From NCBI RefSeq assembly GCF_963853765.1, contig NC_088858.1, positions 3,038,001 through 3,102,000 on the forward strand: a stretch of 64,000 bases of DNA. Reading direction: 5' to 3'. The translations under genes and the position numbers were made by a program. The notes beneath the pieces were generated by a model, which saw nothing but the letters and a program-made list of their open reading frames with translations, ran no database searches and was not told the DNA's origin. Positions 24,798 through 36,555 of the stretch are shown one piece after another (the stretch's first letter is position 1; every line of letters begins with the position of its first letter). The DNA is from Magallana gigas (taxonomy: Eukaryota).

Positions 24798-27700
24798 TTA
24801 CGCCGATGATTGGTCAACATGTTGTGTTTCTGTTGCTGTTGTTGTCTGTACTTTATCTTTGTCCGAAGAGAAAGGGTTTTTAACTCTAGAAAGGATCATA
24901 TCATTGGGACGAGACGTTTGGATGTTTGCATTGGTGCCAAGCGCCAGGATTCGTCGCCGTTTCTTCTGGATATTTATAAACACGATAAGGTTCAGACACC
25001 CACCAATGTTGGTAAACACAACAACAAATATGTACACAATAGACGGCACGTCATTCGTGATGATTTGCCAAATTCCATAGACCGTGACAGCCCACCATTG
25101 GACCGTGAACACGGCGACAAACATCGTCATGGTTTTTGCTGCCTTGACGTATGCTGTTCCAGACTGCGCCTGCTCACCAATTACACTTCGGATTTGATGA
25201 GCATCTCTTCTGATGTGAAACCACGTGAGCAAGTAGAGAGTAGTGTTGACCAATAGAATGAGGATAAAGGGTACGATCGTCATAAGGAGCGTAGCCAACC
25301 CCGGCTTCACAATACAGCTAAAAGACAAAACAGGTTTGTTGAAATCAAATCAAACCCACTCAGTTCATGAAGGAAAAATTACTCATCAAATCAATTTTAA
25401 TTTTTTTTGACATCATTTTTAAGTATAAACTATTATTTAGTAAAGAAAAAAACCCTCACATATATAAAACTTAATATTTGTCTATATATTAACAGAACTT
25501 CCTTCTTGTGAAGATACATAATATAAATACATGTACATTATAGTCTAACAATGACAGGAAAATCAGATAAAATCATTTTAATTTTCTCGAAAAATCTACA
25601 CACAGAATTTACCTGTATTTTGTTTATTGTATTTTAGCTCTTTGACGACGAATGATTGATAAAACTGAACCATTATAACCACTTTCATCCTGTTGCTAAG
25701 CAGTTTTCCTGGATTTGTGGAAAACAATATCACATAGAAAAAAGGATGTTTTTGAAACCGGAAGTATGACAGTTAGTGGCGCGTTAATGATGCTGGAAAA
25801 TCAATCAATAATGCCACATTATTTAGACATGTAATGGACCAGAAAGTGCGCACGGGAACAAAATAAAGCCATTCTTTTTTCCTCATCTTACTTCACCCGT
25901 GTCCAACGATATAAATTTTAATCAACTATTTTTTATTAGGGGTGTATTAAATACTAGTATTCAAAATGAAAATTTTAAAAGGTGTTGCTTAATTTGTTTC
26001 TGCCATCCTGTTTAGTTCATATTTTCACGGCTTAAAAAAGGGCTATACTTCTTTAATCATAATAATAATCTTTCATATCCTATTTCGGATTAATTGGTGA
26101 TGCCCGTTTTAATTACCGGTAGTTAATCCCTTTGTAACATCTTTTAATCATGATTTCATCATTATTTCAAAGACCGATCATGTCTACAAGTTTAACGTGA
26201 AAAAAAGAACCAAGTTTAAAAAAAACGGTACAAATACTTACAAGGCACAGCCAGACAAAACTGACTGTTATAGAGATACAGCCACGGTACAAATAATACA
26301 AGGCACGACCGGACCAAGCTGTTGTAGAGATACAGCCATGATACAAATCCTAACAAGGCACAACCGAACCAAACTGTTGTAACGATACAGCGATGGTACA
26401 AATACTTAAAAGGTACCGACCGGACCAAACTGTTGTATGGATAGAGCCACGGTACAAATACTTACAAGGTACCAGGCAAACCAAACTGACTGCTGTAGAT
26501 ATACAGCCATGGTACAAATACTAACAAGGCACCAGCCAGCCAGTACAGCCACGGTACAAATACTAACAAGCACAGCCAGACCAAATTGTTGTAGAGATAC
26601 AGCCATGATACAAATATTTACAAGGTACCAGGCAGACAAAACTGTTGTATGGATAGAGCGACGGTACAAATACCTACAAGGCACGACAGGACCAAGCTGT
26701 TGTAGAGATACAACCACGGTTCAAGTACTAACAAGGTACATCCAGGCAAAATTGATGTAGGGATACAGCCAAGGTACAAATACTAACAAGGCACAGCCAG
26801 ACCAAACTGTTGAAGAGATACAGCCACGGTTCAAATACTAACAAGGCACAGCCAGACCAAACTGATGAAGAGATAAAGCCAAGCTACAAATACTTACAAG
26901 GCACAACCAGACCAAACTGTTGAAGAGATACAGCCACGGTTCAAATACTAACAAGGTACAACCAGACCAAACTGTTGAAGAGATAAAGCCAAGGTACAAA
27001 TACTTACAAGGCACAACCAGACCAAACTGTTGAAGAGATAAAGCCAAGGTACAAATACTTACAAGGCACAACCAGACCAAACTGTTGAAGAGATAAAGCC
27101 AAGGTACAAATACTTACAAGGCACAACCAGACCAAACTGTTGAAGAGATACAGCCACGGTTCAAATACTAACAAGGCACAACCAGACCAAACTGTTGAAG
27201 AGATAAAGCCAAGGTACAAATACTTACAAGGCACAACCAGACCAAACTGATGTAGAGATACAGCCACAGTTCAAATACTAACAAGGCACAACCAGACCAA
27301 ACTGTTGAAGAGATAAAGCCAAGCTACAAATACTTACAAGGCACAACCAGACCAAACTGATGTAGAGATAAAGCCAAGGTACAAATACTTACAAGGCACA
27401 ACCAGACCAAACTGTTGAAGAGATAAAGCCAAGGTACAAATACTTACAAGGCACAACCAGACCAAACTGATGTAGAGATACAGCCACAGTTCAAATACTA
27501 ACAAGGCACAACCAGACCAAACTGTTGAAGAGATAAAGCCACGGTTCAAATACTAACAAGGTACAACCAGACCAAACTGTTGAAGAGATAAAGCCAAGGT
27601 ACAAATACTTACAAGGCACAACCAGACCAAACTGTTGAAGAGATACAGCCACGGTTCAAATACTAACAAGGTACAACCAGACCAAACTGTTGAAGAGATA

Positions 27701-30700
27701 AAGCCAAGGTACAAATACTTACAAGGCACAACCAGACCAAACTGTTGAAGAGATAAAGCCAAGGTACAAATACTTACAAGGCACAACCAGACCAAACTGT
27801 TGAAGAGATAAAGCCAAGGTACAAATACTTACAAGGCACAACCAGACCAAACTGTTGAAGAGATACAGCCACGGTTCAAATACTAACAAGGCACAACCAG
27901 ACCAAACTGTTGAAGAGATAAAGCCAAGGTACAAATACTTACAAGGCACAACCAGACCAAACTGATGTAGAGATAAAGCCAAGGTACAAATACTTACAAG
28001 GCACAACCAGACCAAACTGTTGAAGAGATAAAGCCAAGGTACAAATACTTACAAGGCACAACCAGACCAAACTGATGTAGAGATACAGCCACAGTTCAAA
28101 TACTAACAAGGCACAACCAGACCAAACTGTTGAAGAGATAAAGCCACGGTTCAAATACTAACAAGGTACAACCAGACCAAACTGTTGAAGAGATAAAGCC
28201 AAGGTACAAATACTTACAAGGCACAACCAGACCAAACTGTTGAAGAGATACAGCCACGGTTCAAATACTAACAAGGTACAACCAGACCAAACTGTTGAAG
28301 AGATAAAGCCAAGGTACAAATACTTACAAGGCACAACCAGACCAAACTGTTGAAGAGATAAAGCCAAGGTACAAATACTTACAAGGCACAACCAGACCAA
28401 ACTGTTGAAGAGATAAAGCCAAGGTACAAATACTTACAAGGCACAACCAGACCAAACTGTTGAAGAGATACAGCCACGGTTCAAATACTAACAAGGCACA
28501 ACCAGACCAAACTGTTGAAGAGATAAAGCCAAGGTACAAATACTTACAAGGCACAACCAGACCAAACTGATGTAGAGATACAGCCACAGTTCAAATACTA
28601 ACAAGGCACAACCAGACCAAACTGTTGAAGAGATAAAGCCAAGCTACAAATACTTACAAGGCACAACCAGACCAAACTGATGTAGAGATAAAGCCAAGGT
28701 ACAAATACTTACAAGGCACAACCAGACCAAACTGTTGAAGAGATAAAGCCAAGGTACAAATACTTACAAGGCACAACCAGACCAAACTGATGTAGAGATA
28801 CAGCCACAGTTCAAATACTAACAAGGCACAACCAGACCAAACTGATGTAGAGATAAAGCCAAGGTACAAATACTTACAAGGCACAACCAGACCAAACTGT
28901 TGAAGAGATAAAGCCAATGTACAAATACTTACAAGGCACAACCAGACCAAACTGATGTAGAGATACAGCCACAGTTCAAATACTAACAAGGCACAACCAG
29001 ACCAAACTGTTGAAGAGATAAAGCCAAGGTACAAATACTTACAAGGCACAACCAGACCAAACTGATGTAGAGATAAAGCCAAGGTACAAATATTTACAAG
29101 GCACAACCAGACCAAACTGTTGAAGAGATAAAGCCAAGGTACAAATACTTACAAGGCACAACCAGACCAAACTGTTGAAGAGATAAAGCCAAGGTACAAA
29201 TACTTACAAGGCACAACCAGACCAAACTGTTGAAGAGATACAGCCACGGTTCAAATACTAACAAGGCACAACCAGACCAAACTGTTGAAGAGATAAAGCC
29301 AAGGTACAAATACTTACAAGGCACAACCAGACCAAACTGATGTAGAGATACAGCCACAGTTCAAATACTAACAAGGCACAACCAGACCAAACTGTTGAAG
29401 AGATAAAGCCAAGGTACAAATACTAACAAGGCACAACCAGACCAAACTGTTGAAGAGATAAAGCCAAGCTACAAATACTTACAAGGCACAACCAGACCAA
29501 ACTGATGTAGAGATAAAGCCAAGGTACAAATACTTACAAGGCACAACCAGACCAAACTGTTGAAGAGATAAAGCCAAGGTACAAATACTTACAAGGCACA
29601 ACCAGACCAAACTGATGTAGAGATACAGCCACAGTTCAAATACTAACAAGGCACAACCAGACCAAACTGATGTAGAGATAAAGCCAAGGTACAAATACTT
29701 ACAAGGCACAACCAGACCAAACTGTTGAAGAGATAAAGCCAAGGTACAAATACTTACAAGGCACAACCAGACCAAACTGTTGAAGAGATAAAGCCAAGGT
29801 ACAAATACTTACAAGGCACAACCAGACCAAACTGTTGAAGAGATAAAGCCAAGGTACAAATACTTACAAGGCACAACCAGACCAAACTGTTGAAGAGATA
29901 CAGCCACGGTTCAAATACTAACAAGGCACAACCAGACCAAACTGTTGAAGAGATAAAGCCAAGGTACAAATACTTACAAGGCACAACCAGACCAAACTGA
30001 TGTAGAGATACAGCCACAGTTCAAATACTAACAAGGCACAACCAGACCAAACTGTTGAAGAGATAAAGCCAAGCTACAAATACTTACAAGGCACAACCAG
30101 ACCAAACTGATGTAGAGATAAAGCCAAGGTACAAATACTTACAAGGCACAACCAGACCAAACTGTTGAAGAGATAAAGCCAAGGTACAAATACTTACAAG
30201 GCACAACCAGACCAAACTGATGTAGAGATACAGCCACAGTTCAAATACTAACAAGGCACAACCAGACCAAACTGATGTAGAGATAAAGCCAAGGTACAAA
30301 TACTTACAAGGCACAACCAGACCAAACTGTTGAAGAGATAAAGCCAAGGTACAAATACTTACAAGGCACAACCAGACCAAACTGATGTAGAGATACAGCC
30401 ACAGTTCAAATACTAACAAGGCACAACCAGACCAAACTGTTGAAGAGATAAAGCCAAGGTACAAATACTTACAAGGCACAACCAGACCAAACTGATGTAG
30501 AGATAAAGCCAAGGTACAAATATTTACAAGGCACAACCAGGCCAAACTGTTGTAGAGATACAGCCATGGTACAAAGGTACAAATACTTACAAAGTACCGA
30601 CCGGACCAAACTGACTGTTAAAGAGGTACAACTACGGTACAAATACTTACAAGGCACAACCATACCAAACTAATGTAGAGATACAATCACGGTACAAATA

Positions 30701-31307
30701 CTTACAAGGCACAACCAGTTAAGGCTGTTGTAGAGAATCAGCCACGGTACAAATACTTACAAAGTACCGACCGGACCAAACTGTTGTAACGATACAGCCA
30801 TAGTACAAATACTTACAAGGCACCGGCTGGACCAAACTGTTGCAGAGATACAGCCACGGTACACACAATTATAGGGAACGCCATCACATATACACACAGC
30901 CGCCAGTCCCTGATACCGAAATCCATCTGACATTGGAAGCGAATCAACAAAAACGCATTTAAAGCTACCACAACTAAAATCAAGTTCTTGGTGGTCACCA
31001 GAAGTACCATTAGAAAGGCATAGAACTGGCACAGCTCTAATGGGTGGACATGGTCCTTCTCAATCACCATGGTCACGTGGTCAAACATATGGACAAAGTT
31101 GAAACTCATTTCGCAAATGGCCAAGTAGATCACGAACCGCTCACTTCGGGACCAAGTGTAGAATCTCTTTTTGTGAGTTTTGAATGACAACACAGTCACG
31201 ACGATGGACGCAATGAAGCTGCATGATATGCAGACGATAGCGGTGATGTGAAGAGGAAAGAAAGTCCCATCATCCCAGCCCAACAGTGTCACATTGTACA
31301 TGGACAT
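24798..31307 (-). CDS. Orphan 7TM GPCR, paralog 2, 336 aa, 2 exons
   Basis: Exon 1 31307-30817 (491 nt) and exon 2 25317-24798 (520 nt), the same lengths as paralog 1. ORF intact. The intron is inflated by the 55-bp array. Confidence 0.88.
26226..30864 (-). repeat. 55-bp tandem array (about 4.6 kb, roughly 84 units) made of GPCR exon end plus donor site
   Basis: Plus-strand unit TACTTACAAGGCACAACCAGACCAAACTGTTGAAGAGATAAAGCCAAGGTACAAA (55 nt). Variant markers recur at multiples of 55 (440, 605, 660, 1320). Confidence 0.97.
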
Positions 31308-32321
31308 CACAGAACTACGGGTTAACTACCCTTCTGTTCTGTTAATATGCACTATCAGCCTCTCGTGCACACAAGAGGGAATTCTTCGGTCCAACAAGTT
31401 TTGAGTCTGCTCTCTTGCACAATTTTTCTCATATTTTGTTCAATAAAAACAGCGTCGTCTGAACTTTATCGCGTGCGTATGAGAGACGGCTGCTGCGATT
31501 ATCGCTGTCACGTGCCCTGTTGCTCTTTGCGGACATTTTAGCAACCAATAATACAAGCCCAATATAAGCTAAATTTCTTGTCATTAACATTTGATTCTGG
31601 ACCCAACATGTGATGTACGCGACAGATAATCAGACCGCCCATTTAATGACATTTTATTTCTGGTTAATATCATTTGTTAATGAATCATGGAATGGAATTC
31701 CAACATCACAGTTGCTCATATCCTGTTAATTGCGACTGGCTCTGCTCCAACCGTTAATTAAACAAGGACTTGGGATTCCTATGGAAGGTGCTATAACCAT
31801 TGAGGAAAGTCCACTAATTTGCCGAATCAAGTCAACATATACATCTGTAGGTGTTGACTATGAATATTGTTGCTTTATAAGGAATAAAAACATGCGAAAA
31901 TCAGTGTTTGATTTACCTGCTAATTGAGGTTTGAAAAAGAATTTCCTTGTCATGATTTCAATGTGACCTTCATTAAAGACACATACTACAAACAGTAGTC
32001 GTTACTTCCATACTAGGGCGAGTTTTACGTCAGTAAATAATTTCGTCAACGATATTAGTATTGGTATTATGTTTCTTAGGCCCCGAATACACCAAATTTA
32101 CAGTTTAATTGTAATTTTAAGCATGCGCACACACATGTACATTAATTGAGTGTATGTCTGTTGGTGGTTTTTATAGAACTAAACTGCTTGTGCCCACGTC
32201 AGTAAATTTGTTATTTTCTCAATGCTGTGAAATTTTTTGAACATTTATTATCGTAAAGGAGGGTAGGGCAATTTATTGTAAATTATAACATTTTTAAAGT
32301 TGTTTTCGAGAATGTATTTAG

Positions 32322-32447
32322 CAGGCACGTAGCATCAGAGGGGCCCACTTTTTCTCGCAGCAACAAATTTTTTGAAATTTACATATAAAAAATGGAATAA
32401 TCATGGAGTTGGCCTCCCCCACTTTCAAAAACGATGCTACGTGCCTG
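32322..32447. mobile_element. 126-bp MITE with a 5-bp TSD
   Basis: TTTAG|CAGGCACGTAGCATC ... GATGCTACGTGCCTG|TTTAG. The paralogous site near 19020 is empty. Confidence 0.8.
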
Positions 32448-33939
32448 TTTAGTATGAATTAAAATAACATTGAGAGAACAATGCAGTGGTTTTTCAATTC
32501 TTTAGATTATGTAATATTCATATGTTTTATCTACTAGTACATTTACTATACCAGCACAAAATGGATACATTTTCACCAAGGCATGAAATTATCAGAAATT
32601 GGCTAGATTTTCGTTTTCATACACTAACTATGCCAATTTTAAAGGATACGTCTATATCTTTAGTTAGATCATGAATCCTTTATTTTAAACATCTGCCTGG
32701 GTTTTTTTTAAATAGCCGTACTTAATTATATTAAGAGTGTAAGGGCACGAATTTCGCCATGAACAACCTTCAATGTTCTATTTTTATTTCTTCCAACTGC
32801 TTGTTCACAAACCGCGCTTGTACCGTCGATGTACGGGAAGTCACGGATAAACCCTATTCCCAGTCCGTTCAATGAGGCCATTTTAAAAGTCAATTTTTGC
32901 CATGTGAGAGGAAGTTATTCCTTTACATACAGATCACCTGTGATTAATTTTTTTTACTACCTATAAATGTGATTAATTTTCCGTTAGTTTTTTTGTTGAT
33001 TTGTATTACCTACATTTATTTGATAATCTAGGTATCATGATTTTCTCAAAGATTTAATGAATAACAAACTATTCCTATCTCTGGCATTAAGTATTTCCCG
33101 TAATATATGTATAATTCTAAATGCAACCATTGAATGCTTTCGGGTGTAAAAAAAAAAAAAGATTTCTACGTAATTCAAATATCCTTAACTAAGTAAATCC
33201 TGTATACAAATTCTCTAACATAGGCATGTAGATGAAATGTTTTAAATTATAATTTGAGGTCTATAGAATTATAATAAAGCAAACAATACACAATACAATT
33301 CTATATGGCAATGAACTCTCTCAATATTGATTTACTAAAGCGAGTAAGATCCTGTTCAACGTTCTTTTTCTTACATGAAAACCCCATTCTTCAGCGTTGC
33401 AGTTGAGGATATTAGCAGGATGTATATCAAACACTTCTATTTTTGACTCGATTTTCAAAAAATACCCTTCAATATTTTAGATATACCTAATATGCACTTG
33501 TTAGCATCGCGAGTCAATATTTTGTGTAACATTTTATTTTCCAATTGTAACTCTAGAACGAAATATCTGACGTTATCCTGGTCTTTTAACGATGTTGATA
33601 TTTTACTTTTAATATATGTATCAAAATCTGTAAAACAGTACTATTGGCATACAGCAAAAGAACGAAATATCTTTCAGTTGTGTTGGTTCACACACTCTAG
33701 GAAATAAACAGTTTTAGAAATCATAGATGTATAGGATTTGGAATAGAAAACGTTCTGGTATTAGTTATTGTTATTTTGTCACATTTTTAACCCAAATATT
33801 GTTCTCAAATTTGCAATTTTCAATCAGCGTGTGTTTTCAAGTTCCGAACTATAACTGGAAGTGTTTGACCTTTATTTCTCTACATACACCTTTCTTATAC
33901 ATCGTGTTTATGTATCCATATCCGGTTCGACATCATTTA

Positions 33940-34321
33940 CGGCCGAGCATCGGTGCTTCCGGTTCTCTATTTGGCCAAACCTCGTTGTTTCTGGCTCTTA
34001 CCTGCCGAGCCATGGTTCTTTCAGCTCCCTACTTGACCGCGCCCGGGTACTTCCGACCTACTACCCGGTCGGGCCTCGGTGCTTCCGGCGCTCTTTATGG
34101 CCGAGCCTCGGTACCTGTTCTATTCCCCTATTGAATAACGTTATATGTTTATCTTCAGTGTTAAATACGATATATGTTTACTCGCCCTTTGTATTAACGG
34201 CTCTCTACCTGATCGTGCCTCGGTGCTTCCGGTTACCTACCATGCCAAGCATCGGTACTTCCAGTTCTTTACCTGGCCGAGCCTCGGTACTTCAGGCTCT
34301 CTGTATTGCTGAGCCTTGGTG

Positions 34322-34364
<43 letters not shown>

Positions 34365-34380
34365 CTGGTCGAGCCTCGAT
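33940..34380. repeat. Degenerate GC-rich ~32-bp tandem repeat with an embedded (CT)n tract
   Basis: Recurring GGCCGAGCCTCGGTGCTTCCGG-like units; (CT)n at about 34323-34361. Confidence 0.65.
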
Positions 34381-35022
34381 GCTTTTCGGCAAATGAATAA
34401 CTTTATAGCTTTTTATTTAGGATGAAAGACGTTCATGGTGGATTTAAGTGAGGGGAAGCTCATCATTATTAATATTGATTGTATGGTACAGATCAAAAGA
34501 GTGCCGGCCAGCTCGTGTGATGCTCTAGTCGGGAACAGGTATCGGTATCATATATAGTGATGGTATGGTATCGTTAACACCGCATCAAATTTAATCTCGC
34601 CTAACTAATTAAATTCGATTTTATCATTCATAGCCAATTTAGATTTTATGATTCCTTGTTCATTATCTGTGAATTAAAACACACTCTAAATCATTTTGAT
34701 ACGAAGATGTAAATATTGGATACTTTGAAGAAATGGAAGAATAGTTCAACAATATACTGGAACAAACAAAGAGTGCTGTGACAAAAAGATGTGATAAAGT
34801 GGTATCTGTGACGGCAAACAAGTTGCCACGGTAATTGCAGGTAATAAGACGATGTTTCTTTATTTACTGATAGAAGTAACAATTATGGGAGCAGTTAAAT
34901 GGAACGAAAACGCGAGAAAAGCTCATTACCAGAAGGAACAAAATGATCAAATTATGGAAATTAACAAAAATTAACAAAACTCAACACAGATGGTTTGAAG
35001 AAAATACTTTTCCAAACTGACC

Positions 35023-36104
35023 ATGAGCGAGTCAACCAGTGAGATTCCAGTGAGGGGTTTGAACAGCGAGAGGTTCTATCCGTACCACGTTACGGCCATC
35101 ACATGTATCGGCGCCAGTTTGGTTGGCGTGGTCGTAATTTTGTATATCTCGTTCAAATCTCGTCTGTATAAGTCGTTCTTCCAGTGGACGCTTAGCGATC
35201 GGTTCGTGGTGTACATCGCAGCCTGTGATGGCCTCTTTAATTTGTCGCACGTGCTCGATCACGTACAGATGGTCGTTACAAGGTCGCATGTCCACCCACG
35301 AAATCTTTGCGTAGTGTACGCCTTCCTGGTTGTCGTTTTTACCACTGCAAAAGGACTACTGGTTTCGGCAATTGCGCTGAACTCATTCTGTGCTGTTCAT
35401 TTTGGAAAGTCGGTAAATTTCGGATCTTACGACTGGAAACTACATCTTTTTATTTTGGGTATTCCGTCGATGGAAGCCTCACTAGCTGTTCTTTTAAATA
35501 AGCTTGGGCCCACTGGTTTATTGTAAGTAACACAATTGTACCTTTCGCTCTAAACGTCTAAATCTTTCAATTTAAGATAGAAACGTTTATTCATAAAACA
35601 TTACCAAAATTTTAGAAGGCTGTCATTTTCACAATTTACATATGAAAGATTGTCGTCTCTGATGTCCTTGTTCTGTGGTTCATTTTCAGTTGCGGCATAC
35701 AAGAACGTGTTGCTCTCATGGTTATGACGACGGTTCCAGCTACCCTGATACTCGTAGTCACGTGTTCTCTCTACGTCATTATCTGGTGTCGTATAAGGCG
35801 AGAAATTCGACGGCTGCAGTCGGCCAAACAAGCTCTGAAACACAACGCCACCAAAATCATGACGTTGTTCGTCACAGCCTACGTTGTTCAGTGGTCCTCG
35901 GTTTCAGCGAGTGGAATTTTCTCGTTTCATGGTGAAGTGTTTGAGGTTATGGATTATTTCGTGATAACAACCACTAACCTTGGCGGGGTGTTTAACGGAA
36001 TAGCATTTCTTGCTATCCAAGTAATGCGTGTGCGACAGAAGAACATGGTCATTCAGCCAAAGTTAGTTCCTCGAAACATTGAAACGGGCGGGACGAAATT
36101 TTGA
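35023..36104 (+). CDS. Orphan 7TM GPCR of the same family, paralog 3, 304 aa, 2 exons
   Basis: Exon 1 35023-35522 (donor TT|GTAAGT) and exon 2 35690-36104 (ttttcag|T TGC) join as GPTGLFCGIQ. Motifs DRFVVYIAACD, HVHPRNLC, FGSYDWKL, QWS and TNLGGVFNG. Intron position and phase match paralogs 1 and 2. Confidence 0.87.
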
Positions 36105-36555
36105 ACCAATGAGTTATAGCAAGAAAACAAACAGGAAATAACACATTGGAGAAGACGTACATTTTTCGCATCAGCCTTAGTTAGGATGAATTGTCCCAAT
36201 GGTTGACTGTTCATGTAGTTCCGAAAGAATTTGATGTAAAGGTGATTAGAACTACGGCCAAAATCACTAGCAACCCATTGTCTGTGCACCCCACAGAGGG
36301 GTTTCTATCCCCGCCACTAAACGGTGAATTTAGTGTCCTTAAAATTAATAGATACCTACTGTCAGTGTCACTTGTTTCGATCATAATGTTAATTGGTATA
36401 AATGTTACAGAAAACGTTAAAAACACATTACAAATGATTCCCCTTCATTCCTGGAACTTCAGAGTTAAGAGGAATGAATAGTTTAAATTCCCAAAAATCA
36501 GTTTTAAATCCTGCGTCTTTAGGACCTCGATGTAAGCAAGTTGTACAATTTGTAG

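Larger units (their letters stand above)
20183..32747. repeat. Tandem segmental duplication, unit 2
   Basis: Collinear with 10927-19318. Longer mainly because both minisatellites are expanded. Confidence 0.9.

Noticed and set aside
26197-31032. About 25 short Cys/Leu/Val-rich ORFs, and a possible CRISPR-like array
   Set aside because: The ORFs are translations of the 55-bp repeat (unit length not divisible by 3). There are no unique spacers and no cas genes, and the context is a eukaryotic intron.
33727-34400. 135-aa and 179-aa plus-strand ORFs
   Set aside because: They arise from the GC-rich degenerate repeat and the (CT)n tract, with no domain signature or convincing splice context.
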